From contig CAUYUJ010000002.1 of the NCBI GenBank assembly GCA_963575745.1, positions 434,001 to 498,000 on the forward strand: a DNA stretch of 64,000 bases, read 5' to 3'. A model generated the notes under the pieces. That model saw only the letters and a program-made list of their open reading frames with translations, was not told the origin of the DNA and did no database searches. Made by a program: the position numbers and the translations under genes. Origin of the DNA: Prorocentrum cordatum (Eukaryota). Below are positions 63,101 through 64,000 of the stretch, piece by piece (position 1 is the stretch's first letter; each line of letters begins with the position of its first letter).

Positions 63101-63250
63101 TTGGATTGCCCGGGGATCCCTGGACCTCATGGACGACGGCGCCACGGGACGCTGGGCCCTACGGGTTCTCCGATCGCTGGCACTACGGTTGCTATTGGTA
63201 TGCGTCTTCGCGGCTTGGGCCTCGGATGGGGACTTGGAAGGTGAATCCTA
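60186..63250 (+). mobile_element. Decayed LINE 5' half: ORF1-like region with RanBP2-like Zn finger, then APE endonuclease
   Basis: SWWRDHCEQLSPPGALLCQRC (degenerate W-x-C-x2-C...C-x2-C), coiled and low-complexity segments, then APE motifs in ORF 62231-63244. Confidence 0.65.
62140..62850 (+). pseudogene. Apurinic-like (APE/EEP) endonuclease domain of a LINE
   Basis: LLDATASVG (GDxN-equivalent), TTF...GTW, HRIDY and SDDHFVV in canonical order. Confidence 0.75.
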
Positions 63251-63399
63251 TTATTATCGTACATGGCGTTGACGACGCGCGTGCCGCAACGGTCCTATAC
63301 ATTTCCCCATCCAACAGGCATGTCGACAGAAGATAGCAACAGTGGCTGGTTAACTAATGGGCTCCGCACTACCGTTCGCGCGTCCGCTACAGACCCCCA

Positions 63400-64000
63400 T
63401 CTAATAGGACTACGTTTCCTAAGCCGACCTCCGACTGCCTGGGAGCTGGGGATGGCACCATTCGGTTACCTTTTTTGTTTGCCTACGATTCTGGAGCACT
63501 ACCATGCGTGGAGGGTTGTTTCTCTGGGCATGGCGTTTTCCCGAGAGCCGCGACCTATGTTGCGCAGCAATCCATGGGGCAAGATTCGGCGTGGCACTGT
63601 GCCAGCGTTTCCAAGGGAGTTAACTCAGCCTGGGACCGACGACATTTTGCAGAAGCCCACGCCACTTTGCGCCGGATCGGTGCAGGATTTACACGACGCA
63701 TGACGCGCGCTCTCCCTGCCCTGCGAGATGTCAGCGGCCAGGCCTTGGTCTCTGAACAGGCTGTGGCACAGCGGTGGCGACGCCATTCTGCCGACCTGGA
63801 GCTCGCCGCTACAATGCCCATGGACGATATTCCACACGTTGCTGCGTACTTCGGCCGACAGCCCTGCCAGGGCATGCACAGCCAGCCAGTGCAGTTGTCC
63901 TCTGCGCCCTCTCTTGCTGACTTTCAGTGGTCCTGCCGACAGGCCCGACGGTCCGCTCCTGGGTGCGATGGGATCCCTGGCCGCCTCCTAAAAACACGTC
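63400..64000 (-). pseudogene. Highly degenerate RT fragment, opposite orientation
   Basis: HALAGLSAEVRSNVWNIV, AADISQGRESARH (D-x-x-KAFD-like) and NIGRGSREN (RGxRQG-like) in order. Weak. Confidence 0.35.

Overview
Eukaryotic, GC-rich, repeat-saturated genomic DNA from a dinoflagellate. This rests on an exact 22-nt dinoflagellate spliced leader (DinoSL) at 8695-8716, a 1-mismatch copy at 56247-56268 and alveolin-type repeats. The (CCT/GAG)n-rich long-intron style resembles Prorocentrum, which is inference only. Almost all long ORFs in the track are microsatellite or GC artefacts. The window holds: (1) short + strand exons of a probable host gene, six of which (31326-40868) splice in phase with GC-AG introns; (2) a young, 5'-truncated CRE-clade (restriction-like endonuclease) non-LTR retrotransposon at 4630-6633, bounded by (CCT)4 direct repeats; (3) several decayed LINEs (APE and/or RT remnants); (4) at least four inserts headed by a full or relict DinoSL, including an alveolin-like processed pseudogene and an apparently full-length decayed LINE, each bracketed by trinucleotide microsatellites and lacking poly(A); (5) many MITE families, minisatellites and a 100-N gap. 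The most interesting signal is the repeated 'microsatellite - SL - cargo - microsatellite' architecture next to a CRE element that appears to insert into microsatellites. All calls were made by eye, with no searches run.
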